From Eledone cirrhosa (Eukaryota): 64,000 bases of DNA. Position 1 is the first letter of the stretch; every line of letters starts with the position of its first letter. The notes under the pieces are model-generated. The model ran no database searches. It was not told where the DNA came from and was given only the letters and a program-made list of their open reading frames with translations. The stretch spans positions 179,180,001 to 179,244,000 of the forward strand of contig OZ024743.1 in NCBI GenBank assembly GCA_964016885.1, in the 5' to 3' direction. Position numbers and translations under genes: made by a program. This document shows positions 39,750-53,610 of the stretch, in pieces.

Positions 39750-42205
39750 TCTTCTCTGGTGTCTGCAGATCATGATAATTTTAGACTTCAGGTTGACCGC
39801 GTCATCTTTCATGGCCTTGTGTAGGCAGAATCGGCACTTTCTACTTCCTCTCAAGGTTCTACTTCCTCTCAAGGTTCTCGGTGTTGTTCCGCCGACACTG
39901 TTGTCTCCCCCATGCCACTATTTCCCTCTCGGCGTTGGACCACATCACCCTCCGCGGGCGCTCTGGTCGCCCCGGGGGCCGGGTTGTCATTTGAGGGCCG
40001 GTCCCTGGGTGGTTCTCCGCGCTCCGAAAGACGGTCATTCTGTCGCCACGGTTGACGGCCAATGTTCGCCATCTTTACCAGGTTAGTTTTAGCCATGTAG
40101 TCGGCCATGTTAGGTGCTGTGGAGAAGGGAAACTTCACAGTGTGGCGGTTGAAGATTTTGTGGTACTTGTTCGTCGGCGGAAAGCACTCATCCAACGCTC
40201 GGAAAAAAAGTCCTGGCACGTTGGTGCGTTCATGTTTGGAGTAAGGCGCATTAAACCAAGTAACGGCCTTAGATCTGTTCCTTCGTGTGCGTGGATTCTT
40301 GTTGGTGTGTCCTGGACCCGATGTCCGTCCTGTGCTCCGCCCAACCACAATTACATCCCGTGTGTTGTCTATATCTATTTGCCGGCTATGGGCGTCGGGG
40401 TTATGCCCTACAGTTATAAAGTTACGTCGTTCTATGTGGTCAGCTATACATCTATTCCCCTTAGGTTTATGTGATGGTGCTGTCAGTGCTGTACTACTAC
40501 AACCAGGCTGGGCGTGCTCCCTGGCGTGTGACCCGTCCGTATTTGTCGATGTCCTGTCCCTGGTCCCACTTGCCGCGGAGCATGCAGTGTGCGTGCCAGG
40601 CCCATGCCTCCGCGTACTGGGTACTCTGACTCGTATGGGTGCCTTTGTCCTACCTCCGGTCGGTTGTGCGTCATTAATGTTAGTTGTGTTGCTGTTTGTG
40701 ATCCTAGATACTGCTACCGGGTCATTTCTTCTACCAAAAGAGGCGCCCCCGCTATTGGCATTTCTGCACGCCTCATCACCTGGCTCTTCTCTGTCCGAGG
40801 TATATAGTATGGTGTCTGTGTAACTGTGTAACCCTGCGCAGTGCCTCATTTTAATATTCGGCGTGCTGTTTAAACACGTCTTCGTTCGACGACAGGGTGG
40901 ATACGCGTTTGGATACATACACCTTTAACAATGGCTTCTATGACTGACATAGGGTGATTCGATTGCCTATTCACATATTGCAGGTTTTCGTTGGGCTTAT
41001 GGTACGGTCTGTGGGTTCCCGTATTCATTTCCAAGGTAACGTCCAGGAAATTGACCGTCTTAGTGCTAGGATCTATTGTTACGGATAAGCCGTGTTGTTT
41101 AAAAAAATGCGATATGCGCTTCCTCATACGCTCCATCTGACTGGGGTTAAGGGAACGGAAGGTGAAACGTGCGTCGTCTCCTCCGTTAGCCTATGGATGA
41201 GATATATCCCCACAAGGTCGGTCACCTGCGCCGAGTCACTCGACCCCATGGTGATATCGAAACTGTCGGGTCTATCCCTCCTCTCCCATAACTTGTCTTC
41301 GAATCTAATTAGCGTCTTTCTGGCTGCTACTATGAGGTTGCTCTCGTCCCTAGTGAGACTAGTTCTGGCCATGGCGCTTATAAGGGCCTTATTGACTAGT
41401 ATCGGAGATACTGACGCGTAATAGTTATCTATGTCTAACTTAATACGATTTACTTGTTGTGTGTCACCTATTAACGAGAACCAGTCAATTACCTCCTTAG
41501 TGGAGGTCCATAGGCTAAGCTTAGTTTTGTTTCTAAGTACAGGTAGTATCCTATCTATAATATTCTTGCTGGTCCTGTCTAGGTCAGATTTGGAGGGTGC
41601 TATTAACCTAACCGGTAGTTTTGTTTTAAAGTCTAATTTATGGTCCTTAATAGACATCCGTGGTTTTCTAGGTACATATACCTCGATCCTATCATCTAGT
41701 CCTAGCCCCGTCAGTATATTTGTTGTCGTGGTTTTAATATTATCTAAATTTGTCTGTCCTGTGGTCTTATAGTTTTTCCTAATCTCTTTCTCGAGGCAGT
41801 CGTTGTATGTAAAACGGTCAAGCATGTATACGTTACCGGTTTTGTCGGAGGGCACAAGTAAATCCTGGCATTTTTCCATGCTTTTGATGGTGGAGCTGAG
41901 ACTTTTGAGATATTTGGTCCGCCGTGCACTATTCCTATGGAATTTGATGTTACGAACTATGTTGATTATACGGTTCTCAAATTCCTCCAGCTGTGCGGTG
42001 GGTGTCTTCTCGATCTAAATATCCGCTTTAGGCGGTCCTGAGGGGCGTCGGACGCGTGTTGTTGTGTTCGCCTGTCGTGGTGCAATGCGCGCCACCTCAT
42101 GCGTCTGATGAACGAGTTGGTGTGGTATATCAGCAGGCCCATGTACGTGTTATCAGACGGGATCGGTATGTCTTTAAGGGAAGAAGAGTAATTGAATGTT
42201 TTCAT
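39750..42205 (-). pseudogene. Naiad-type PLE polyprotein (RT, thumb, truncated GIY-YIG), frameshifted
   Basis: SLKDIPIP..RRMRWRA; SDKTGNVY; IKDHK..VRLIAPSKS; KLDIDNYYASV; FDITMGS.D.A.V.DLVG; DD in the next frame; NFLDVTL..RPYHKPN..SNHP; WFNAPYS..HKIFNRHTVK; KCRFCL..NLKS..CRH. Confidence 0.9.
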
Positions 42206-42410
42206 GGCGGATAGCTGTAAGTGCTCTACATTTGGAGGAGCGTAGTATATACTTGTGTATAATGGAGCGTAGTATATACTTGTGTATAATGGAAGCTATG
42301 GTGCTACCATAGGCGGTATGCCAAAATTAGCACTCAATATTCAGCAGAATAGAGTGTAGATAATATAAAGAAAACTAAAAATCAATGATGCATCTGGGCT
42401 CAATTTATTG

Positions 42411-42501
42411 CGTGTTACAATTGTTTCGCCGGCAAGTAGCTCGAGACATGGTCCCTGTATGGATCTGGCTGATTCTACGGCTGCAGGTTCCTTCAGACAC
42501 G
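42411..42501 (-). ncRNA. pLTR type I hammerhead with CUGA-AG-GA core variant
   Basis: Minus strand reads cgtgt-CTGAAGGA-acctgcagccgtag...ctacttgccggc-GAAA-caattg-TA-acacg. Confidence 0.6.
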
Positions 42502-42842
42502 GGTAGTTCGTTCGGAGCAAATTTTATCACTGGGGTGTTATCATGAAAAATCACCCTTAAAAAAACCTCTTCCACTCTTGTCATGCCATTGGCTATTGTT
42601 ACTCCACGTTATCTTAAGTTATGGTCACTATTTACTGCTACACGGGTCATCAGCCATTTTCCCTCCGACACACTTCAATGGAGTCATGCTGGGTTCGGTA
42701 TCTCACACGTCTGCTCACACTCCAGAGCATGCACCCACACATACAAATACACACACACATATACACACACAGGCAGACACAGACACCTGCGTGCATACAC
42801 ATATGTACGCATACATGCGTAGACACCCCCACCCCCACACAC

Positions 42843-42882
<40 letters not shown>

Positions 42883-43109
42883 TCTCCCTCACTTCCACAG
42901 ACCCAGACACACCCACTTCTAGATACAGACTGCCACAAGCCTGTTAATGCCAGCTTAAGTCGCGCCGTATATCCGGTCCGACAGGCACGGCCCACGTAAA
43001 CATACACATATCCACACACATACGCACGCACACATTCCTACGCACAACCTTATATACATATATGTATATACGTTCATACACACACATATATACATACACA
43101 CATGCACAC

Positions 43110-43142
<33 letters not shown>

Positions 43143-43211
43143 TGCACACACATACATACAAAATATACATACGTACACAAAATTACATACACACATGCAT
43201 ACACACACACT

Positions 43212-43255
<44 letters not shown>

Positions 43256-43580
43256 AAAACACTAGATGCATACGCGCACCCACACACAAACATACATATA
43301 TACATGCAGACCTATATACATCTACATATACATACGCACACGGACTGCTACATGCAGACACCTGCACATATGCATATTTGCTTACACACACATGTTTCCA
43401 CATATACATATATAAACAAAACCGTAAATTAAAAATACATTATATAATAAAAAACACAATATACCATAAAATAACGGTAAAATAACATAACATAAAATAT
43501 CAAGTAAAATATCAAGGTTTTTTTAGGGTGTTTTTATATGATAACACCCCAGTGATAACATTTGCTCCGAACGAACTACC

Positions 43581-43671
43581 CGTGTCTGAAAGAACCTGCA
43601 GCCGTAGAATCAGCCAGATCCATACAGGGACCATGTCAAGAGCTACCTGCCGGCGAAACAATTGTAAGACG
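43581..43671 (+). ncRNA. pLTR hammerhead in the inverted copy (core CTGAAAGA)
   Basis: cgtgt-CTGAAAGA-acctgcag...ctacctgccggc-GAAA-caattg-TA-agacg. Confidence 0.55.
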
Positions 43672-44434
43672 CAATAAATTGAGTCCAGATGCATCACTGA
43701 TTTTTCGTTTTCTTTATACTATATATATATATATATATAATATATACAGTCGCGTGTATGTATATATTTGCGTATATGTACGAAATTGTCTGCAGGTGAG
43801 TTTCTGTACGATGGATGTGTTAACAGACTTGTGAATTTTGCATTGGATGCGTTCATATAAAGCATGCATATATGTATAATAAAAGATTCCGACTAATAGT
43901 GGTTTGACTAAAGCCAAGTTAAAAAGAGAAACATTACTGTTTCTCTATATAAAATAGTTTGTTAGTTTCTGTTGATATCAGTGTATGTAGCGTGTCTTGT
44001 TATGGTGATGACAGCATGTAAAGAAGTCTGCTTTTTGCAAGCAGTGGTCTGTGTCTCGGTTTTAAGAGCAGTAAACGGTCTGACTGCAAAGATTGTAAAA
44101 AACTGCTTGGTTTATGAGTATTATACTGCGCTGTATCACGTTTTCAGGTTTGGTGGGGGTGTAGTTTATATGACTGCTGACTACATATGAATCCGGTTGT
44201 GTCAGTACTAAGCTATTAGATACAGCTGTTGATATAACAGCATACTAACAGTTGATTAGTTTGATTAGTTGAGAATTCTATTAAATAAATTCAACAGTCG
44301 AATAAATCCATAGGCGTGAGTTCTCATCAAAACCACGCCTTGTTTTGTAAGCTACGTCTCTTCATGGGTGCTTACAACAGGAATATAACTATATAAAGAA
44401 ATAAATTCCATTTTGTCAATCACCATGATAATTC

Positions 44435-45007
44435 TTTTTTCTGGCACAAGCCCAGCAATTTGAGGGAGCGGAATATCCATTATACTCCTGAAGGGTAAAA
44501 TTTACATTTGACTTCAGTGGAATTTGGTGTCAGAACGCAGAAAGTCGTAATAACATACTGCAAAGCATTTTGTCCGACGTTCCACCAATACTACCAAGCC
44601 ACCGCTTTAATAATAATTGTTTCTACTTCTGGCGCAAGGCCAGCAATTACTCCAGTGCATTACTGGTGCTTTATTTTAACGTCCCCGTAAGGATGAAAGG
44701 CAAAGTTAATCTCAGCGGGATTTGATCTCAGAGCGAAGAGGGTCATAACTCTATGCTGCAGAGCATGTTTCCTGACGCCCTACCGATACCGCAATAATAA
44801 TAATAGTAATGGTTTCTAGTATAGGGTCAGTAATTTGTGGGGAGGGGAAAGTCGATTAAATCGACCCTAGTAAGTTACTGGTGCTTTATTTTATCGACCC
44901 CGTAAAGATATAAGGCAAAGTTAACCTCAGCGAGATTTGAACACAGAACGCAAAGGGCCATAACTCTATGCTGCAAAGCATGTTGTCTGACGCTCCCACG
45001 ATACTGC
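44435..45007 (-). mobile_element. Three tandem Meta-domain-like SINEs
   Basis: Family core repeated, with (TAA)n spacers. Confidence 0.8.
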
Positions 45008-45008
45008 A

Positions 45009-45039
<31 letters not shown>

Positions 45040-45064
45040 TGATTTCTTTATTAACCAAAAGGGT

Positions 45065-48000
45065 TTACATAAAGTAGACATTAAAGTAGACAAATGGGCA
45101 TTTCTGCGTGTAAAAAACAAAAATAGAGGATGTAACAAAAAAATACAATGAAAAATTCCCCAATAGGGGGGAGACTTCGGAGGGACATTTGTGGAGAAAG
45201 CCCAGTAAAAGGCCACAGTGACTCTGACCACCAAGGCAAGTGCCCTCTCCCAGTTTTCCACCTTTAATTTTCAGATACATACTCAGAGTAGGCCCATTCA
45301 CTCGGGCCATTCTTGCTTCTCTCACCCATCTTTCAACAAAATGCTGGGAAGAGAGTACTTCCCTCTCTATTCTGATTTTCTTTTTCAAATGACATTTGAA
45401 AAAGTCAATCAGGGCATCACCGAAGAGGTAAGTGCTCGTCTTCAGCCCTTTCAAACGTGTCAACCATACTATCTCTTTCGCCATGGCCACCAGACAGATA
45501 AAAACTGCCTGCCCTTCCCGGCTAAAGGAGGAGGGCGGGGCAATCCTCACGATGGACTCAGATGATAAGCGAATCCGTCCTACACGCGACAGCAGGTGTT
45601 CGACATAAAACCACAAGTCAGCAATTTTCGGACACTGGACGAGTGCGTGCAGGACGGTTTCGTAGCCCTGCGCGCATCTCGGACATGCCCGGCTGACGGT
45701 ACCTCCATGCCTGTAGAGTTTATCCCGAACTGGCAAAGCTCCTCGGTAGCACTGCCAGGTCAGGGATTTCTGGAAGTTGTCCATAGGCCCCGACCCGAAA
45801 GTCCTTCCGAAGAGATTGGCTAGTTGATTTTCGTCGACGCCTAGAGGTTCTCCAAGTACGTCGTCGCTCTTCCCCTCCACTAATCCTCTATAGAACGCCA
45901 AGGTGGAGTTTCCACCGATCACATTGCCCGATTGGTCGAGGGCTGTGAGCGCCTGAAGACATTCCAGTCTCCAAGCGCTCCCTCTCGGTCTTCGCTTGAC
46001 CCAGGACTGCAGCTCCGTCAAGGAGAAGAGTTGGGGAAAGACATGTCTAGCAAACGGCGACCACACCTGATCACCGTCGAGGAAGAGGTGGAGATGTCGT
46101 ATCCTGAGCGCGTGTCTGCGCATCATCAGCCACGGCATGCCCAGCCCTCCACGTAGCGGGTGTTGACAGCAGATGGACCGTCTGACCATCGGAGCGCGTC
46201 CATTCCACAAAAAGCGAAAGAGCAAACGCTCCAGCGCAGTCAGGCGGGGCTTAGGACAAGGTACGACAGTCAGGCGGTAGTAGATGACGGACGCGATGTA
46301 TGCGTTGGCCACCTCCGCTTGAACTTTCAGGGATAGCTTCCTCTCGGCCCATTTCTGGGTGAGAGAAGCCACCCTGCTCGTCACCTCGTCCCAGTTATTG
46401 TCCGTCTGGAGGTCCGGACCGAACCAGACCCCTAGCAATTTAACCGGTCCGTCCGTTCAGCGCCCGACGACGCTGTTGGACGGCATGGACCTGCCTCTCC
46501 AGGTGCCGAGCTGCAGGCCCACTGACGTTTCCTGGTTGATCATTGCTCCTGTCACCGCTTCGTATTATCTTAGTGTAGTGCCGATCGCCTCGATGTGTTT
46601 GGCGTTCGACACCACTACGGTAACATCGTACGCATATGCTGACACGGATCGTACGCATATGCTGACATGGATCTTCCGCATCCTAGTTCGCGAGGGACGC
46701 CCCTCAACGTCTCCAGTCTGTGCAGTAATGGCTCGAGAGTCAATAGGTACAAGAGGGACGAGAGGGGACATCCTTGGCGGACCGAGCGCATGATGTTGAA
46801 CGGTTCCGAAAGGTGACCGTTCACTCTCACCACAGAGCAGATGTCGCCGTGCATTGCAGCGATCCAGCCTCTGAAGACGGGCCCAAAGCCAACCGCCCTC
46901 AGGACTGCCGCTAGGTAACGATAGTCGACCCTATTGAAAGCTTTCGACTGATCTAAATTGATCAAGGACCCACCCGTGCCAGGTTCCCTAGCTGCCCCCT
47001 CTACGATGTATCGCATGAGGTGGAGGTTGTCGTGGATGGATCTGTCTGCGCCTCTCCCACCAGACCACCAACGACAAGCGCCAACCTCTTTGCTAGCACC
47101 TTGGCCAAAATCTTGAACTCTGTGTTTAGCAGAGTTATGGGCCTAAAATGATCTATGTTATCCCCCTTGTTCGGATCCTTTCTCAGCAGCGTTACAGCTC
47201 CTCGTCTCACAGAGCTGGGAATTCTCCCGTTCTGTTGCCAGTTGCAGTAGACGTCCGCTAAGAGGCCTCCGAACAAGTCTGGCATCTGTACGAAAAGTTC
47301 ATAGGGGAGACCATCCAAACCAGGCGATTTACCCCTTGTGCAGCCAGTCATTGCCTCCCGTACTTCAGCGGCTGTTATCGGCTTTTCGCAACACTCTGCC
47401 TCAGTGGCCGAGAGCCGCGGCAGTCCGTCGAGGTAGACACTAGAGTCCATCCCTCGATTCGGCCCGCTGCTGTCCCCCGAACAGCTGGGCGAAGTGTCGC
47501 TGGAAAGCTTGATACATTTGCCCGGGATCGACTAGCATGCGCCCGTCGTGGTCCACCAAAAACCGGATCGTGGCTTTGTTGCCACGACGCGCCTCCGCCA
47601 CTCGGGCCCATTGAACGGCTTTCGTCCCCTCGTGTCTGAGAGCACGCACCCTAGCTATGACAACGCAGCCTTCGTGGCCAATTTCGCCGCAATTACGTCG
47701 GTCGCGATGCCTTTGCTTATCACCTCGTCTAATTTTTTAACTAATTCTCCCTCTGCTCTATTTTTCTCTATTGCTAAAACCTTACTAAACCTAATGGACT
47801 CTATTCTAATTGCTCTTTTCAAAGCAAACCACCACTTGTTGTTGACGATGGACCCCGTCAACGCCCGCTTAACTACTTCCTAATCCGGTCTCTGTAGGCC
47901 TTGTGCGCTGGTAAGGACGCGTTTAACTTCCAGTAGCCGGGTCCTCGTCTATGAAGCCTATCTAAGTTAAGTACACAGATCACGAATTTGTGGTCCGTGT

Positions 48001-48705
48001 AGCTGACTATCTTGAATCGTGGACAGCCTATGCTAGACCTATCTATTTCCCTACACAATACTCTATCTAGATATGATCTGGATGACCCTATGCGATTTAT
48101 CCAAGTCCACATTGGTACATTCGGGAAATCCAATCGGTACCTGTCAGGCAGTTCAAAACGCCTGAGCAGGTTGGTGAGACTCTTGCACCCTCCTCCCCTA
48201 ACCGCTAATCCCACACAGTCCCAGCGTGCATCTAAGATCCCATTCCAGTCGCCCACTAACACTAAAGAGCGGGACGCTCCAAGAAAGGTCTCCAGACGCC
48301 GGAAGAAATCAGGCCGCCCTGCTCCTGTCGGGGCATATACGCCCACTAACCTGAAAGCTTGCCCGTCTCCGCTGGTCACGTCCAGCACCACCAACTTACC
48401 TTCTGAGTCCAGGAAGATGGCCCGTATGGCAAGATCCAAACCTCTCCGAAAAAGCACAGCAACTCCTCCCCCCTGATCCCGGACGGCTAAGAGATACGTA
48501 CACATCGTAGCCGCCGAAGATCGGTGCGAAGGCCCGTGCTTGGGAAATTCTGGTCTCGCTGATGGTCACTACATTTATGTTTAGTGACCTGAGGTCGTTG
48601 AGCAGGTGGCCCTGCTTCCATGACGACCCCAAGCCACGCGCATTTATCCTGCCTATTCTGAGTGAGGTCGTGTTGAAATGGAGTGGAAAAGATGGGAAAG
48701 ACCAC
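45065..48705 (-). pseudogene. L1/Tx1 ORF2: APE endonuclease, RT and C-terminal zinc finger, with multiple frameshifts
   Basis: ISET, GGGVAVL, VYAP, VGDWN, SYLDR, TDHK, PGYWKLN; KSPGLDG, FRPITLLN, LDQSKAFNRV, VRQGCPLS, YAYD (YADD mutated), GGLG, CPRC..ETVLHALVQC. Confidence 0.92.
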
Positions 48706-48807
48706 TTACCTTACTTCTCGTAGAGGAAGGACGGTTTCTCCATCCTTTTCACTGCTTGTGGCCTCCTCAGGAAGGATGTCCTTATAAATTCTCCTGGAGA
48801 GTGCTTG

Positions 48808-50667
48808 TCAGAAGTCTCCGATGTCTTTGGGGAATTTTTGTTTTAGTGTCATGTACATTTTCTGTGTGATGCGAGTGATTCCTATGTGTGGAGGTGGTGT
48901 GAACTTTTGGGTTGTGTATTCTTTTTCTGTGATGCTGGTGTTGTGTTGAATGTAGTGTAATAATTGGTTGTTGTTCAAATTTAATGCTGTGTAGTGTGTA
49001 TCGTTTTGGTTGTTTTGTTTTGTTTGTGTTTGTTGTGGGTTTGTTTCTGTTTCGCTTTTTGGTGACTTTTGTGGTGTAGGTGATGGTGGTGTTGGGGTTA
49101 ATGATGGTGATGGTGTTGGTGTTTGGGGTGATGGGGTTGGTGATGCTGGTGTGGATGGTGGCATATCTGTCCTAACTTTTTTGTTTGATAGTTTATTTGT
49201 TTCCCTCTGTATTTTGTTTTTGGAGGGGAAGGAAGAGAATTTTCCTTTTTTGGTTTCTTTTTTTCTTTTTTCCTGATACCGTTTCCCACTCCTCGTCGTC
49301 ACAATCTGTCTCCAGTTGTGACAGGCCGGGGAGTGGAAAATCCTCCACAGGCGTTAGTTTTGGTTGTGGCGTGGTGGATGGTGTAGGCGCTGGTGCTAGT
49401 TCTGGCGCGTAGGGTGGTGGTGGTGGTGGTGGTTTTGCTACTGTTGCTGGGGTTGTTGCTGTTACAGTTGCTTTTGTTGTTGCTGTTACAGTTGTTGCTG
49501 CCATCTCTGCTGCTGGTGGTGTTGATGGTTGAATTACTGGGGTGGGTAGGAGAGGTGGACTCAACCTTTTAGCCTGAGGGCAGAAAGCCCTTAGGTGGGT
49601 TCCTTCACCACAAACGACACATATAGGCCTCCTACCCTCGACAATTACGGTGAGGGGGCTGCCGTCAGTGAGGTCAATTACCTCTAGGATCTCCTCAATG
49701 CTTTTTTGGTCCGCTTGGATCAGGAGCTCCATCCCAGATCCGGACCAGTTCTCCTGCTTTTCTTTCGTTATTTCGATTATCTTGGCGTTGGCTTCGATGC
49801 CGGCGAGGATGGCAGCTATTAGCCAGGGAATTTCGATGGATGGTGTAACGTGGGTGACCCTGATCTTTACGAGTCTCTGGCCACAATAGCTTGGGACGAG
49901 TGTGAAGTTGTCACTTCTTAATGGCGCATATGGAGTGTTCTCTAGCCTCCTGTAGTGTTTCAAAGAACACGTCCACGGTTCCATACTTCTGCCCACGTCT
50001 GATGTGGGTTTTTTTTGCTCACACATGTCCCAAAGCTTTTTGGATTTGGGACTCGGATGCCGGTTCCACTCGGCGCGATTTTATATTAATTGTTCGATAA
50101 GACACGGTGCATAGGCGCCGATGCTCCATTTTATTAAGTGTGTGTGTGTGGGGGGGGGGGATTAGGCTGACCCTGTACCCATCTTTCTTTACCATTTTTT
50201 TGGCTTCTTCTAATTCCTCCTGAGTTACCTGAAATGCTTCGCACTCTTTTGCTACTCTGGCAAAACTCAGGGTGGTTTTCTTAATGTCATTGTTGCTGTT
50301 GTTGTTATCGTTATTTTTGTTATTATTAATTTTAGTTTCAGTTGTGGTGGTGGTGGCGTCAGTGGTGTTCGGTGTGGAAGAGTTCATTTTGGTTGAATTC
50401 ATTTCGATAGCACGAGTTAATTTTTTTTTCTTTTGTTTCTGTTGTCGCGGTGGTGCTGGGGGTGGTGGTTGTCGCTATGGCGGTGGTAGTGGCGGCTTTA
50501 ACACCTGGAGTCATTGGTAATGGCGGGAAATGAATGTCTGCCTGAGACAAATTTAAAATATTGCTACTGCTTATATTTTTAGTGTTGGCAAACGTAGTAA
50601 TATTTACAATGGTGGTGTCGATGTGAGGTGTTAGTTTGTGAGAAAGGAGTGACTCTGAGTCAGCCAT
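48808..50667 (-). pseudogene. L1/Tx1 ORF1 (gag-like) with CCHC knuckle, frameshifted
   Basis: SFARVA motif, VEGRRPICVVCGEGTHLRAFCP, EEWETVSGKKKK and a Pro/Thr-rich tail across ORFs 50359, 50019, 49193 and 48808. Confidence 0.8.
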
Positions 50668-50879
50668 GATGTTTCAAATAAAAATGTTTGTTTGATACTT
50701 AAAAAGTTTAAATTTTGGGCTCAAGGCCCCAATCTTTTTGGGTGTCCTTTTCAGAAAACAATGTATGTGCATTTATATACAGTTAACAATAAAATTTTCC
50801 ATGAATGGCAATTTTGAACAACTGAAAATAACAAACCTTTGCGGAGCTCACAATGATACGATTTACTACGTAGGTCACC

Positions 50880-50926
<47 letters not shown>

Positions 50927-50928
<2 letters not shown>

Positions 50929-53372
50929 TTCGACAACAACCAGAAGATGCTGTTTGGACAGCTTGAAGGGAAAGAAAGAGGCAACGACTTGAGGCGGAAA
51001 AAACTAAAACATTCTGGAGAGGAATATGGGAGCAGGATGTTAAACATAATGACCAGGCAGTGTGGATTGAGACAGTACAGAAGGAGATTAGTGAACAGGC
51101 ACACCAACAAACTGATTTGAGTATCACAGTTGAAACTCTTAAAGGGCAGGCCAAAAAACTAACCAACTGGAAATCACCAGGCCCAGATGGTGTGCAGGGG
51201 TATTGGATTTAAAATATAACATCCCTCCACGCGAAACTGACAACCATGTTCAATGACTGCTTGATGTCAGGTGAGGTACCAGAGTGGTTGACAAAAGGTA
51301 CCACAGTTCTGATAATGAAAGACCGAATCAAGGGTAATGATGTTACCAACTATAGACCTATCACATGTCTGTCCGTAATGTGGAAACTGTTGACAAGCAT
51401 TATGTCTGAGGAAATCTACCATCACCTCCACACAAACAACTTGTTACCGGACAAACAGAAAGGATGCCGAAAGAAGTCACGTGGTACAAAGGACCAGTTA
51501 CTTATTGATAAGATGGTAATGAGGAATTGCAAGAGGAGACACACTGGTCTTGCCATGGGATGGATAGACTACAAAAAGGCATTTGACATGGTTTCCTCAT
51601 TCTAGGATCACCAAAAGCCTGGAGATCTTCAAGGTGGCAGATAACATCAGACAGTTGTCGGGCAAAAGTATGAAGTCCTGGGAAACAGAGTTAACATCAA
51701 CTGGAGAATCCTTGGGAAGCGTGGAGATCAAGCGAGTTATCTTCCAGGGAGATAGTCTGTCCCCTCTGTTGTTTGTCCTTGCCCTGCTGCCCCTGACCAG
51801 TGTACTGCGAAAAGTGAGAGCAGGATACAGGCTGGGAAAGGGAGGGCTTACCATAAATCACCTCCTCTTCATAGACGATCTTAAGCTCTTCGGGAAGAGT
51901 GAGAAGGAGTTGGATGTGCTTGTTGACACTGTCCGTATTTTCATCAATGATATATGTATGCAATTTGCTATTAGTAAGTGTGGAGTCATTGTGATGAAGA
52001 GGGGTAAGTTGAGCAGAAGTAACGGAATCCAGGTACCAACAGGTGAGATGATAAAGGAAATTGACTCTGAAGAAGGATACAAGTATTTGGGTGTTCATCA
52101 AGAACAAAAAAATGAAGGAATTGATAAGAACTGAATACATTCGGAGAGTAAGGAGCGTATTAAAGTCACATCTGAACAGTAGGAATGCCATAAGTGCATT
52201 AAATTCCCGAGCTGTGTCTATTATTAGGTACACTGCGGGAATTCTGAGATGGAATGTTGCTGAACAAAAAGAAATGGATAGGAAGACTAGGAAGCTATTG
52301 ACTATCTACAACGTGTTCCACAAGAGGAGTTATGTCGATAGACTCTACTTAAGGAGATCTGAAGGTGGAAGAGGTCTTATCAGCATAGAGGACTGTGTTC
52401 AGATGGAGAAAAACAACCTACACAAATACGTGACTGATAGTAAGGAGCCAATGCTCAGAACCGTACTGAAGGAGGGGACAATAGGCCAGGGGATGTCCAA
52501 GGAGGAAATAACATCAAGGAGGAAGAGCAGCCTTCATGAAAAATCCCTTCATAGTACCTTCTTTGAGAAAACTGAATTTAGAGATCCACAGACATGGAAC
52601 TGGTTGAAAAGAGGATACCTTAAAAAGGCTACAGAAGGAATGTTAATGGCTGCGCAGGAGCAGGCCCTCAAAACGAAGTGGTTGAAACACCATATTTACA
52701 AGGAGGAGGCTAGCCCACTGTGCAGGATCTGTGGAGAGAGAGAGAGGAGATTGTGGCTCACATTGTATCCGAGTGTAAACACCTAGCCCAGACTCACTAT
52801 AAGGGTTGGAGACATGATGTGATGGGCAGGGTGATCCACTGGCACCTATGCAAAGTAAACAATTTACCACATTCTGAGAAGTGGTATGAGCATAAGCCAG
52901 AGGCGGTGATAGAAAACGATCAGGTGAAGGTGCTGTGGGATTTTAGGATACAGACGGACAAGAAACTGGAACACAATAGACCTGACCTGGTGGTTTTGGA
53001 CAAAGAAAAAAGATCGTGCCTGATTGTGGATGTGGCCTGCCCATTCGACACGAGAGTGCAAGAGAAGGAGAGGGAGAAAATTAACCTATACCAGGACTTA
53101 AAGTGGGAGGTAAAAAGGATTTGGAACTGCTATGAAGTCAAAGTGATCCCGATTGTCATAGGCGCACTAGGGACTATCTTAAAAAGTTTCCAGGGATGGT
53201 TAAAGAAAATTGGCCCCTTCACGCTTTTTGGAACGCTTCAAAAGGTATGCTTACTGGGAACAGCAAGAACCCTCCGATACGTCCTGAATATCTGAGGCTG
53301 CAGGTAGTGGCTTGATATTCATTTCAACAAACTTTCCAGTTAACTAACATCAATGACTGAGACTCAAAGAAC
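50927..53372 (+). mobile_element. 5'-truncated R4/Dong-type (RLE) non-LTR retrotransposon inserted in (TAA)n
   Basis: NWKSPGPDG, YRPITCL, QKGC..GTKDQLLID, WIDYKKAFD, IFQGDSLSP, HLLFIDDLK, EGGRGL, CRICG..AHIVSEC, RHD, RPDLVVLD..IVDVACP..EK..Y; (TAA)n at 50880-50926 and 53373-53392. Confidence 0.92.
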
Positions 53373-53394
53373 AATAATAATAATAATAATAATT

Positions 53395-53610
53395 TCTGAT
53401 TTAGTTATTAGGCCCACAATATTTTTTGGGGGAGGGGAAATTAGATTAAATCAACCCCAGTGCATTACTGTTATTTTATTTTATCGACCCCATTAGAATG
53501 AAAATCAAAGCTAACGTCGGCGGGATTTGTAATCAGTACGTAAAGTGCCGTGGCTAGGCCGCGAATCACGGTGTCCGGTGCTCCACCGATTCTGCCAATC
53601 CACCGCCCGT
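53395..53610 (-). mobile_element. Meta-domain-like SINE; another decayed copy at ~53760-53900
   Basis: Family core. Confidence 0.7.

Larger units (their letters stand above)
45041..50879 (-). mobile_element. Near-full-length decayed L1/Tx1-clade LINE between (TAA)n tracts
   Basis: ORF1 and ORF2 remnants, with AATAAA at 45047-45052 (-) before the (ATT)n tail. The 5' boundary is uncertain (50750-50879). Confidence 0.9.
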
